A stretch of DNA of 64,000 nucleotides from an uncultured Candidatus Saccharibacteria bacterium (lineage in GTDB: Bacteria; Patescibacteriota; Minisyncoccia; Phycocordibacterales; SW-6-46-9): contig CAZHOI010000002.1 of NCBI GenBank assembly GCA_964534365.1, positions 8,138-72,137 of the forward strand, read 5' to 3'. The stretch's first letter is position 1; every line of letters starts with the position of its first letter. The notes beneath the pieces are model-generated. The model did not search any database. It was not told the DNA's origin and saw only the letters and a program-made list of their open reading frames with translations. The translations under genes were made by a program, and so were the position numbers. Of this stretch, positions 22,391-31,750 are shown in pieces.

Positions 22391-24068
22391 ACGCTTTTAA
22401 AATAGCGTCTTCGCGCATGGTTAACATCCCGTCGCGTCGGGCCGCATCATAGATCTCGCCCTCGTTCGGGTCTTTTAATAAGATCTCATCAATTTCGCGC
22501 GTCATACGCATTACTTCAAATACCGCTTGACGACCAGATGTGCCTTTGGGACAACGGGCGGTTGGTTCTATCCCAAGCACAAATTCAGGGTAGGTAATAT
22601 GACTACGATATTCTGGCGCCAGATCTTCGAATTCGCTATCAATAATTTTTTTGACTGATCCCTCAATCGGAATTTTACGCCCGGTACCTTTACAAATTTT
22701 TTGAATCAACCGCTGACCGATTGCCAATTTCAAAGTTGGTGCGATTAAATATGGGTCGACCCCCATGTCTACCAGTCGAGGGATTACGCCGGTTGCGGAA
22801 TTGGTGTGAATAGTAGACAGCACTAGGTGGCCAGTTAGAGCCGCCTGGACCGCTAGTTGCGCAGTTTCCTTGTCGCGAATCTCACCCACCATAATAATGT
22901 CGGGGTCTTGACGTAAAACGGTACGTAATCCCGAGGCAAAGGTATAGCCAATATCGCCATTAACGGCTGACTGCGAAACGCCAGGAATTTGATATTCGAC
23001 TGGGTCTTCTAGCGACAGGACGTTCTTGGTCTTGCGATCAACTTGTTCCAGCATGGTGTATAACGTAGTTGATTTACCTGATCCAGTCGGTCCCGAAATC
23101 AGAATTAATCCATAAGGTTCATCAATTGCATTTTTAATCAACTCCAGATTGCGCTGTGACAATCCCAGAGAAGTTAAATCGCTGACATTACGACTAGATT
23201 CTAATAATCGCATTACAATTTTTTCACCAAATGATGTGGGGAATGTCGAGACCCGAAAATCAATTTTATGACCATCAATATGGGCACTGAAACGACCATC
23301 TTGTGGTTTACGTTTTTCGTCAATTCGCAGATTTGCCAGAATCTTTACCCGGGCAACAACAGCGGCATGAGTAGCTGCCGGCAGAGCCAAACTTTGTTTA
23401 AGAGCACCATCAACTCGAAAACGAACCTTGGTTTCGGTTTCGTAGGGCTCGATATGAATATCAGAAGCATGATCTTCTTTGGCATGACGAATAATGGTAG
23501 CTACAATTTTAGTAACGGGGGCAGCATTAGCATCCGGTTCACTGTCAACTGCATTTTCAACTGGTTTATCAGGTTCAAGGATTAACTCGCCCTCTAATTC
23601 AGACAAGGCTGATCCAACTTCGTTAATTAATTGATCAACTGATCCGGTTGCCTGATCAAAATCCAATTTGGTAACTACTAGTATTTTGAACGATAGCCCT
23701 AGGGACGAGGTGATAAAGTCCATGACCTCGCGAGCCCCTTCGCTATGAGGATTAACAAATCCAACTACTAGTTCATGATCTTTTTTATCCAGGGGAATAA
23801 TGCTGTACAGTTCAACTGTTTTGGCTGGAACCATCTTCAAGACTTCTTCTGAGATACTGTTGCCTGTAATCCGCTTACCAGGGAAATTATAGAATTGAGA
23901 TTTTATTTCCAAAACTTGATCCTGGGTAATATTAATTTCATCAAAGGCAATCTCGTAGTAATCGCCCTTTTCTACTTCCGAGCGAACTGTACGGTATTGC
24001 TCGGGGGTCAAAAAACCTTTTTCATTGGCAAAATCTAGGATTGATAGTTGTGTTTCCAGTTCTACCAT
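22329..24068 (-). CDS. pilB: Type IV pilus assembly ATPase PilB/GspE
   Basis: ASDIHIEP, PQDGRF, GPTGSGKSTT, EDPVE, LRQDPDIIMVGEIRD, TGHLVLSTIHTN. Confidence 0.95.
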   Translation of the reverse strand: MVELETQLSILDFANEKGFLTPEQYRTVRSEVEKGDYYEIAFDEINITQDQVLEIKSQFYNFPGKRITGNSISEEVLKMVPAKTVELYSIIPLDKKDHELVVGFVNPHSEGAREVMDFITSSLGLSFKILVVTKLDFDQATGSVDQLINEVGSALSELEGELILEPDKPVENAVDSEPDANAAPVTKIVATIIRHAKEDHASDIHIEPYETETKVRFRVDGALKQSLALPAATHAAVVARVKILANLRIDEKRKPQDGRFSAHIDGHKIDFRVSTFPTSFGEKIVMRLLESSRNVSDLTSLGLSQRNLELIKNAIDEPYGLILISGPTGSGKSTTLYTMLEQVDRKTKNVLSLEDPVEYQIPGVSQSAVNGDIGYTFASGLRTVLRQDPDIIMVGEIRDKETAQLAVQAALTGHLVLSTIHTNSATGVIPRLVDMGVDPYLIAPTLKLAIGQRLIQKICKGTGRKIPIEGSVKKIIDSEFEDLAPEYRSHITYPEFVLGIEPTARCPKGTSGRQAVFEVMRMTREIDEILLKDPNEGEIYDAARRDGMLTMREDAILKAFEYRVPFEEINKLGVAAFNE

Positions 24069-24094
24069 AAATTACTAATTTTTAGTGTCACAAA

Positions 24095-24601
24095 TTAAAA
24101 CGAAGGTACATTCCCATTAAATGCCGGGACCTGATTATTTGAATTTGTTGCGGGTGCAGTTGAGTTTGGCGAATTAGTCGATGCTTGATTGGTTGAAGTC
24201 TGATTAGTCGCTTGTGTTGGGCTAGATTGTGGTACAAATGTGTTATTAGTTGGAATCGTGGTGTTTCGCTGCTCGATAATAACACGAGCATCAATTGGTG
24301 AAAAAGGATTAGAACGACCAGCTTCAATTTCACTTAATTCGACAGTGTTATCTTGCAATTGTTGAAATTCTGGATTATCTAGAACCTGAGCTTGTGATAA
24401 ATCTATTTGTTGCAATTGCTGGATTTGGTTTATAAATAATGTTTCCGACTGGGCCAGGTTTTGATCTATTGGCAAACCAGAGTCAACTACCAATTCGGAA
24501 TCTGTACGCGAAAAGGTATCGCCTATTGATGGCATTAGTACAATTAAGATGACAATAACAATTGCAACTGCACCGATTATAATTAAGTGTTTCTTTTTCA
24601 T
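24095..24601 (-). CDS. PilP-like/pilus accessory protein
   Basis: N-terminal TM helix, GRSNPF motif, position after pilO-like gene. Confidence 0.55.
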   Translation of the reverse strand: MKKKHLIIIGAVAIVIVILIVLMPSIGDTFSRTDSELVVDSGLPIDQNLAQSETLFINQIQQLQQIDLSQAQVLDNPEFQQLQDNTVELSEIEAGRSNPFSPIDARVIIEQRNTTIPTNNTFVPQSSPTQATNQTSTNQASTNSPNSTAPATNSNNQVPAFNGNVPSF

Positions 24602-24614
24602 AACGTTTTATAGC

Positions 24615-25241
24615 TTAAGTTCCTAGCCAATAAGTTCGTAATACTACTTGGTAGTTGTTCAAATTGGTACCAGATTCGCTGTTTGCGTTTTCTGAATTGT
24701 CTACAGTCACAGATTGAATGTCAGTTAAGCGTAAATTATTTTCGAGACGGGTTAGAAAATTTTTAAATTCGTCATAGTTCCCGGTAGCTGACAAGGTCAT
24801 ATCTACTGAGGAATAATCAGCTCCTGACTGGATTGAAGAGGTGTCGTCGCCTGTGTCTTCGGAATTCTCACTATCAGAACTTTCGTTACTGGTGGTTGTG
24901 TCAGCAAAAGAGAATTCTTCGATTTCTATCCCGGTTGTATCAGCAATTGAAGACACTTCGATCGTTAGTCGAACTGTATCAATATTTCGCGGTAGAAACT
25001 TCTCGAGCCGATCTCTTTTTTGTGCATCAATTGATTCTAGCTGCTCTTGCAAATCATTTCTAAGTTCGGCTAATTCATCAGCTTGCTGGAGGGCGGTTTC
25101 ATAAGACTCGGCTTCGGCCTTTAGAGTTTGATAAACCTGGTACTCTGAGCGAGTATAAGACAGAGTCAAACCAATGGCTACAATTATTAAAACAATTGAA
25201 AGTATAAATTTATTCATAGATATTAATATTAACAGCTGCAA
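24615..25241 (-). CDS. pilO: PilO-like alignment protein
   Basis: TM helix, coiled coil, FLP, GNYDEFKNFLTRLENNLRLTDI, TYWL end. Confidence 0.8.
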   Translation of the reverse strand: MQLLILISMNKFILSIVLIIVAIGLTLSYTRSEYQVYQTLKAEAESYETALQQADELAELRNDLQEQLESIDAQKRDRLEKFLPRNIDTVRLTIEVSSIADTTGIEIEEFSFADTTTSNESSDSENSEDTGDDTSSIQSGADYSSVDMTLSATGNYDEFKNFLTRLENNLRLTDIQSVTVDNSENANSESGTNLNNYQVVLRTYWLGT

Positions 25242-25851
25242 CCGATTCGGGATTGTCCAATTGATTTTCTGATTGATCTAATAGGGCTAAATCAATTAGA
25301 AATGAATACTCAAAAGATATAAAATCTTCTTCGTTTCGATTAAATTCAGTAAAAATTGGATTGGAAATAAATGAGCTTTTAGTAAATTCGTCTGATTGCA
25401 AAGCTAAAGCCTCAAAATTATACGCTTCACCCTCGCCTGACACTTTAATAGTATTATTGTTGTCGTATCCTACCTGGGCGGTTTTTAACTGTACCGTAGT
25501 TAGAACATATGATTCGATTTCTTCAAATACCGGACTTATTTCCTGGTGTTGATTTAATAGCTGATTCACCGCCGCCAACCTTTTATCAAATCGATTTAGT
25601 TCAGCAATTTCTTCAGGAGCGTAAGTTTGTTTAGCATCACTTAACCTCGCTTGACGTTCGGCCAATTCGTCGGTGGCCAGATTTTTAAACAGAAATGAAA
25701 ACAAGGCTCCAGCAACCGCTAGTACAAAGATTACTGATGCAACAAATAAAGCGGCATTCAAATAAGCGCGAATTCGGTCAATATTACGCCGAGCGCTTTT
25801 TTTCTCATCTTGCTTTGGGATAAAGCTAGGAGTTTTTGGTTCAGAGCTCAT
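25210..25851 (-). CDS. PilN-like alignment protein
   Basis: SFIPK N-terminus, TM helix, coiled coil, LLNQH, SGEGEA..F..LA.Q. Confidence 0.7.
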   Translation of the reverse strand: MSSEPKTPSFIPKQDEKKSARRNIDRIRAYLNAALFVASVIFVLAVAGALFSFLFKNLATDELAERQARLSDAKQTYAPEEIAELNRFDKRLAAVNQLLNQHQEISPVFEEIESYVLTTVQLKTAQVGYDNNNTIKVSGEGEAYNFEALALQSDEFTKSSFISNPIFTEFNRNEEDFISFEYSFLIDLALLDQSENQLDNPESVAAVNINIYE

Positions 25852-25926
25852 GAGTCTAGCAATATCATACCACGCACATGTAAAACTAAATTACGGTTGT
25901 TAACAAGTTAAATATTTTGATACTGC

Positions 25927-26727
25927 CTATAGCAAGAAAAGGTTAAAATTATCCAACAAATCTAGTTTGGGAATACTGACAATTATATACCCGGTAATTA
26001 AGTATGGCCCAAATGGCACCGCTGACTTCATTCCCAACTGTTTGCCAGAAGACTGATTCGGCATAAGTTTCTGCCCCGCTAGAATAATTAGCGACACTGC
26101 AGCCCCAATCCAAAAAGCTAGTAATACCGCCGTCGCACCAGCCGATAGACCCAATAACCAGCCGATTGATAGTGATAGTGTCCCATCAGCAAATCCCATT
26201 CCTCGACCTTTGGTAATTGCCCATAATAACCAGAAAAATCCGGCTAAAATTGGTCCGGCTAGTAATTCCAAAACGGTTGGATAGGTTGGCAATAAATGGA
26301 TAGGATCAAAAAACAATAATAGAAAAGAAATAAGGATTAAAGGAAGAGATAGTTCGTGCGGAATAATAAATTGATCCAAATCAATTAATGCAATCATGAT
26401 CATTATCAACGCTATTATTGAACTTACGACAAATCCAGACCAGCTGGCAGCACTTAGCCAGATAGCAACTAATATTGCCGCTGTAGCGACCTCAACCAAG
26501 GGATAACGCGGTGATAATCGACTGTGACACGCCGAACATTTCCCCTGCTGCCATAACCACGACAATACAGGGATTAAATTTTTTGCCCGCAGGGTTTGTC
26601 CGCAGGTAAAACATTTAGATCGTCTGGCATTCTGCCGACTAGTCCCCCACCGCCCTGCGGTAGCATTTAAATACGACCCTACGATTAATCCAAATATTCC
26701 TATAAAAATAATTACCAGTAAGTCCAT
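25927..26727 (-). CDS. pilD: Prepilin peptidase/methylase
   Basis: GSYLN, RSKCFTC, LIPVLSW..QQGKCSAC, YPLVE, GMGFADG, VPFGPY. Confidence 0.93.
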   Translation of the reverse strand: MDLLVIIFIGIFGLIVGSYLNATAGRWGTSRQNARRSKCFTCGQTLRAKNLIPVLSWLWQQGKCSACHSRLSPRYPLVEVATAAILVAIWLSAASWSGFVVSSIIALIMIMIALIDLDQFIIPHELSLPLILISFLLLFFDPIHLLPTYPTVLELLAGPILAGFFWLLWAITKGRGMGFADGTLSLSIGWLLGLSAGATAVLLAFWIGAAVSLIILAGQKLMPNQSSGKQLGMKSAVPFGPYLITGYIIVSIPKLDLLDNFNLFLL

Positions 26728-26760
26728 TAATCCAACTTAACAGAAATACGGCAGCCCTAG

Positions 26761-26775
26761 GGGTGACAGTCACCC
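26761..26775. repeat. REP-like palindrome GGGTGACAGTCACCC at the RAYT 3' end
   Basis: Read directly; 7 bp from the RAYT stop. Confidence 0.85.
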
Positions 26776-26782
26776 AGCGAGT

Positions 26783-27358
26783 TTATTTTTTTGAGGTATA
26801 ATTTTTTATATTTTCCTTCTCTGTTGTAGTCAGATTTCTGTTCAAATCTTCCAAATATGTAGTCGGTAGATCAATCGGTAAGTCATTGTCAACAATTTTG
26901 TATCTGGCAAATCTGCGATTATGCGCACTCCCCCATTTCCAATCTTCTGCCTTATCTACTAAATTTGCCCTTTTTGCATTTCGTTCAATATAGCGAAGTA
27001 GATTGTAAAAATACTTATCGTCTCTAATATGAAAAGATTTATAACGACCTTGGTATAAATGACCAAATCCCACTTGACTATACTTAGATTTAAACCTTTT
27101 AACGTGAGTATTGGTTAGTCGGCGCATAAAATTACCTAATTCACCATTAATTTGTGGTGACACTAAAAGGTGCCAATGATTAGGCATTACGCAAAAACCC
27201 AAGACTTTGACATTGAACAAATCTTTGGTTTCATCAATTAATAATAGAAATTCTTGATAATCATTATTATCTTTAAAAATTTTAATCTTGTTATTTGATC
27301 GATTTAATACATGATAATACTCGCCTGCAATATCTGTTCTAGGTAAGCGGCCCATCAA
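26783..27358 (-). mobile_element. REP-associated tyrosine transposase (RAYT, Y1/HUH family)
   Basis: YYHVLNRSN, MPNHWHLL HUH motif, GHLYQGRYKS, catalytic Y in RYIERN, W.WGS; palindromes on both sides. Confidence 0.9.
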
Positions 27359-27380
27359 TCTAATTATACAACATATTTTT

Positions 27381-27424
27381 AATACTGCTGGGTGACTACT
27401 GGGTGACTGTCACCCAGCAGTATT
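27381..27424. repeat. Extended REP palindrome with internal duplication, upstream of the RAYT
   Basis: AATACTGCTGGGTGAC-TACTGGGTGACT-GTCACCCAGCAGTATT. Confidence 0.85.
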
Positions 27425-27779
27425 AGCAAGTTTCAAAGGTTGAGTTGGGATTGGTGCTAGTGACGCAAATTTGTTGATTACCTGATAACTGGGCGCTTAC
27501 CTGATAATGTTGGTTGGTGCTAGAGCAACTATAGTAATCAAAATTAATCGAAGACACGTAAGCCTCTTGAGCAATTTTTTCACAGACTCGATCATAATTG
27601 CCATTATTAACCTGATGTAACATAGCAATGGCTGGCACAGAGGATATAAAACTAATTAGGCGACTGTCTTCAGCATCCGCAATTGTTTGGACTGAGAAGA
27701 TGCTAAAAATAGCGACTATGCCCAGAATAAACAGCAGGGTCAGTAATTGCAGACTGGAACGAACGCTTTTACGAGTCAT
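27423..27779 (-). CDS. Divergent pilin-like protein lacking the canonical G|FxxxE motif
   Basis: Hydrophobic N-helix and the same C-terminal Cys pattern (C..Y.VS..L...C..S...C) as the adjacent pilins. Confidence 0.6.
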   Translation of the reverse strand: MTRKSVRSSLQLLTLLFILGIVAIFSIFSVQTIADAEDSRLISFISSVPAIAMLHQVNNGNYDRVCEKIAQEAYVSSINFDYYSCSSTNQHYQVSAQLSGNQQICVTSTNPNSTFETC

Positions 27780-27876
27780 TTATAGCCAAGTATAACCGAA
27801 GACTTTGACCATCCTTTAACCAGCCGTGGATAAAGTTGTGTGTTCGAAAATTATTATACAATGAACTTAGCAATCC

Positions 27877-27955
27877 GCTGGGTGACAGTCAATTATTGTG
27901 TCACTTATTGCACTATCACCTATTGCAAAATTGTGGGTGGCTGTCACCCATTGCA
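27877..27955. repeat. REP cluster: half copy 27880-27891, copy 27935-27949, three TCACYYATTGCA units
   Basis: Read directly, between two pilin genes. Confidence 0.75.
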
Positions 27956-27964
27956 CCTTTTGCA

Positions 27965-28459
27965 CTACAAACATTCTGCGACGACCCCAGTACCACCACC
28001 AGTCGCCTCGCCGGTTCCCCGATACCCTGATGAATCCGCACACCAATTTTGAGATATCCCATTTTCATCTAAATATTCTACAGATACTGCATACGAGCCT
28101 CCGTCCTCCCCTACTGCACATGTGGCCTCAATCCCTTCTGATTCTGCACCTAAAACAATTTCAGATACATTATATTCATTAGCTGTATCTGAGTTGAAGA
28201 TACTTATAGTATCACCAGTAGAATGGTCGCAAACCAATGGATCAGCAGCAACAGCTGTTCCAAACCCGCTGTTTTGACCGCGGTAAAATTCACTCTGACC
28301 AGTTAAGTTAGCTAATGATGCCTTAACTGCGGCTTCTGAACCACTACTCCTGGCATCGCCGAGTGACCCCAATACAATGCTACCAATAATTCCGATGATG
28401 GCAATTACTACCAATAATTCTAGCAAAGTAAACCCTTTTTTGTATATATCAACCTTCAT
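27965..28459 (-). CDS. Type IV pilin
   Basis: KKG|FTLLELLVVIAIIG; C-terminal WCADSSG...C. Confidence 0.92.
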   Translation of the reverse strand: MKVDIYKKGFTLLELLVVIAIIGIIGSIVLGSLGDARSSGSEAAVKASLANLTGQSEFYRGQNSGFGTAVAADPLVCDHSTGDTISIFNSDTANEYNVSEIVLGAESEGIEATCAVGEDGGSYAVSVEYLDENGISQNWCADSSGYRGTGEATGGGTGVVAECL

Positions 28460-28478
28460 TATTTATTAAGTATACAAC

Positions 28479-28502
28479 AAAAAAACCACTGAAAGTGGTT
28501 TA
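28479..28502 (-). terminator. Intrinsic terminator after the major pilin
   Basis: AAACCACT-GAA-AGTGGTTT stem with A/T run. Confidence 0.65.
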
Positions 28503-28519
28503 AATGTAATTACTATGAA

Positions 28520-28972
28520 TTAGATTGTACAGTCTGCGTCACCAGATCCAATTCCAACAGCAGCTTGTTCGCCTCCGTAACCTGATGAGTCAATACAGTA
28601 GAAATCACCGCCCAATAATGGAGAAGATATGGCATACCCAGTACCTGTTGAAACACATGTAGCGGTTCCACCACCGTTTTGTGAATTAACTTGAGTTATC
28701 GCATTATTAAAAGCGTCAGTAGCAAACATGTCGGTATTACAACCAACACCCGCAGCTCCGTAAGTATTATCACCCACACCACTATAGTATAGCTCTGCCT
28801 GAGCTCGCATGTTGTTTAGAGATGATTGAACAGATGCATCTGAACCAGAGGTTCGAGCTGAGTTCAATGAAGCCAGAACAACAGAGGCCAAGATTCCGAT
28901 GATGGCAATTACTACCAACAGCTCGATCAAGGTGAATCCCTTGTCCTTAGCTTTAAAGTTAAGAGTTTTCAT
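28520..28972 (-). CDS. pilA: Probable major type IV pilin
   Basis: KG|FTLIELLVVIAIIGILASVVLASLNSAR; own promoter and terminator; YCIDSSG...C. Confidence 0.9.
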   Translation of the reverse strand: MKTLNFKAKDKGFTLIELLVVIAIIGILASVVLASLNSARTSGSDASVQSSLNNMRAQAELYYSGVGDNTYGAAGVGCNTDMFATDAFNNAITQVNSQNGGGTATCVSTGTGYAISSPLLGGDFYCIDSSGYGGEQAAVGIGSGDADCTI

Positions 28973-29105
28973 TTAATTAATTAATTATATTTTTAATATT
29001 GAAGTGCATTTAACACTATCAATTCGAATTGATCATGTTTAATGATCTGATATTAAGTATACGGGGTTTATAAACATGTCCAGAACTCGACTGTGTATAA
29101 CATTG

Positions 29106-29147
29106 CGTAGCACGTAGCACGTAGCACGTAGCACGTAGCACGTAGCA
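29106..29147. repeat. Tandem heptamer (CGTAGCA)x6
   Basis: Six perfect copies counted directly. Confidence 0.95.
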
Positions 29148-29479
29148 CTATAAACAATAGTTCAAACCGATAAATTAACGACAAATAGTTGGTAGCATTT
29201 AATTCCAGATTGATGAAGTGATAAATTTTGGCAAGAGGCTGCTGAAATATGAGGCATCTAGAAATTTGTGCCGGAGCCTTGTATTAATAAGGTGAACAAA
29301 CAAATTACTGATAAAAATGACAATATTTATACCAGATTGATGAAGTTCTTGATAGCGAGCTAATGTAAGGATAGGAGATTTGGATAAAATGCGCGGCGCT
29401 AGGTTTTTTGGACTAGAGCGGTATTCATTTATACCGCGATATAACAAAAAACTGCAGTAACAAAGCAGTTTGCCAAATC

Positions 29480-30682
29480 TTAAATGCCGGTGGAGATGTT
29501 GTAAATTGGGAACAATACCGCCGCCAACAACGTCCCTACCCCGATTCCTAAAAATACTATCATCGCTGGTTCGATCAAATCAACCAACGAATCCACCGCC
29601 CGGGTTACCTCGTCTTTGTAGTATTTCGACAAAGTACCCAGAATAGTGCCGATTTTACCACTTTCTTCGCCAACACGGATCATTTGAACCAATACCCCTG
29701 GGATATAATCCGGGTAATTTGACAATGCATCTGAGAGCGACTTCCCAGACCTGACTTCTTCGATTGAATCAGAAATTATACCAGCATAAACTTTATTGCC
29801 GATGACTTCTCGGGAAGTTTCCAAGGCATGAAGCATCGAGATACCAGATGAGAGCATGGTATGCATATTATCAGCAAACCGCGCCAGATAAATTTTACGA
29901 TATAGATTGCCGACAAAAGGAGTATGTAGGGCAAATACCGTTAGACGCTCGCGGTTAGTCGGTTGACGCAAAAAGTAAATTAATCCAGCGACAGCAAGTA
30001 TTAGCAGCGTCAGCAGAATAAAACCATAATTGACTAGAAAGGCACTGGTTCCTAATACAATTTTAGTATAAACCGGCAAATCCTGACCTGATTCAGTCAA
30101 AATTACCCCAATTTTAGGAATAATGTAGGTCAGCATCAAAATCATTACGATAAAGAAGGTAAAGACCACAAATACCGGGTAAGTTAAAGCGCTTCGAGCC
30201 TTGCTGGCCAGTTCATAATTGCGCTCGAGGTATTCGGCCAGGTATTGAAAGGTTTGTGGCAGACGACCAGTCTCTTCGCCCGAGGCGATCATATTGACAT
30301 AAAATTTGGAAAATACTTTAGGGTGTTTAGCCAGACTGACCGAGAGTTGCTGGCCGGCTTCCAGATCAGCGACAATTTCTTCAAGGATTTCTTTGAGGCG
30401 AGGATTGTCAACTTCTTCGGACAATAACGAGAAAATTCGCAGGGTTGAAATATTGGCGTTAAACAGTGTGGCCAGCTGTCGCGATAATAGTACGACGTCT
30501 TTGGTTTGAACGCGGTTTATTATATTAAATTCCAGCTCGCCCAGGGATTTTTTTTCTGTGATTTTAGAGACTACTAAACCAGATCCACGCAGAGCACGCA
30601 ATGCTGCCTCGCGGTCATCAGCTTCGTAGACCCCTTTTGTAGGAGCGCCGTCAGCAGTAGTAGCAATGTATTCAAATTTCAT
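29480..30682 (-). CDS. pilC: Type IV pilus platform protein PilC/GspF
   Basis: RQLATL, HPKVFS, GEETGRL, ALTYP, VGEESG, LIEP. Confidence 0.95.
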   Translation of the reverse strand: MKFEYIATTADGAPTKGVYEADDREAALRALRGSGLVVSKITEKKSLGELEFNIINRVQTKDVVLLSRQLATLFNANISTLRIFSLLSEEVDNPRLKEILEEIVADLEAGQQLSVSLAKHPKVFSKFYVNMIASGEETGRLPQTFQYLAEYLERNYELASKARSALTYPVFVVFTFFIVMILMLTYIIPKIGVILTESGQDLPVYTKIVLGTSAFLVNYGFILLTLLILAVAGLIYFLRQPTNRERLTVFALHTPFVGNLYRKIYLARFADNMHTMLSSGISMLHALETSREVIGNKVYAGIISDSIEEVRSGKSLSDALSNYPDYIPGVLVQMIRVGEESGKIGTILGTLSKYYKDEVTRAVDSLVDLIEPAMIVFLGIGVGTLLAAVLFPIYNISTGI

Positions 30683-30685
30683 AAA

Positions 30686-31750
30686 TTATTTTAGGTAGCG
30701 CTGAAAAATAGCGGGATTATGGGCATAACGCATGGCAGCGGATTCTTCGACCTGGTTATTTTTTACCAGCTGGGCCAAGGATCGATCCATGTCAATCATA
30801 CCCTGATCCATGCCAGTTTCGATTACCGACCGCAATTCATGGGTGCGTTCATCACGAATCAAGTTGGCTACGGCAGCATTGTTAATTAGCAACTCATAGG
30901 CTGGCACTACACCTGATTCGTTGCTGGGGATTAACCGTTGGGACAAGATACCCGACAGCGCGGCTGACAACTGTGATCGAATTTGGCGTTGTTGACCGGT
31001 CGGAAATACGTCAATAATTCGATCAATAGTTTGCGGGGCGTCGTTTGTATGCAAGGTCGCAAATACCAAGTGACCAGTTTCGGCTGCAGTAATGGCCGAT
31101 GAAATCGTATCCAGATTACGCAGCTCACCCAACATGATTACGTTGGCATCCTGTCGGAATGCCGAATGCAGCGCCTGGTCAAAACCATCAGTATCAAGAC
31201 CAACTTCACGCTGATCAATAATTGATTCTTTTTGCACGTGAATATATTCGATTGGGTCCTCGATAGTCAGAATGTGTTCTTGTCTGGTGGTATTGATTAG
31301 ATCAATCATCGCCGCCAAGGTAGTTGTTTTACCCTGACCGACTGGTCCTACTACTAGAAAGAATCCTTGTTTTTGAAGGGCAAAATCTTTAAGGATCTCG
31401 GGCAAGCCAAGTTCTGATAAAGAAGGAATTTTGCGTGGGATATAGCGCAAAGCGATGCCTACCCCACCACGTTGAATAAAGGCATTACCCCGAAATCTGG
31501 TAATATCATCGGCTGAATACGAATAATCAAGCTCTTTATCTTCTAGGAAGCGGTCTTTTTGTTCTTTGGATAGCATTAGGGTTAAAAACTCCAAAGTATC
31601 ACTGCCGCTAAGCACCGGAAGATTTTGTAATGGGATCAGGGTTCCGGCGACTCGAATAGTAGGATGTCTGCCGATCGAAAAATGAACGTCAGAAGCCGCT
31701 TGCGAACGGACAATCTCGATTATTTGATCTAGTGTCTGTTTGTAGTTCAT
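30686..31750 (-). CDS. pilT: Retraction ATPase PilT
   Basis: ASDVH, GPVGQGKTTT, TIEDPIE, QREVG, AAETGHLVFATLHT, LIRDE, GMIDM. Confidence 0.95.
   Translation of the reverse strand: MNYKQTLDQIIEIVRSQAASDVHFSIGRHPTIRVAGTLIPLQNLPVLSGSDTLEFLTLMLSKEQKDRFLEDKELDYSYSADDITRFRGNAFIQRGGVGIALRYIPRKIPSLSELGLPEILKDFALQKQGFFLVVGPVGQGKTTTLAAMIDLINTTRQEHILTIEDPIEYIHVQKESIIDQREVGLDTDGFDQALHSAFRQDANVIMLGELRNLDTISSAITAAETGHLVFATLHTNDAPQTIDRIIDVFPTGQQRQIRSQLSAALSGILSQRLIPSNESGVVPAYELLINNAAVANLIRDERTHELRSVIETGMDQGMIDMDRSLAQLVKNNQVEESAAMRYAHNPAIFQRYLK

Noticed and set aside
27836-28182. Three short plus-strand ORFs
   Set aside because: They span the REP cluster and are antisense to a pilin; no coding features
29199-29447. 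82-aa ORF between pilC and pilA
   Set aside because: TTG start and no recognisable motif; not a four-helix-bundle protein despite the nearby heptamer repeat
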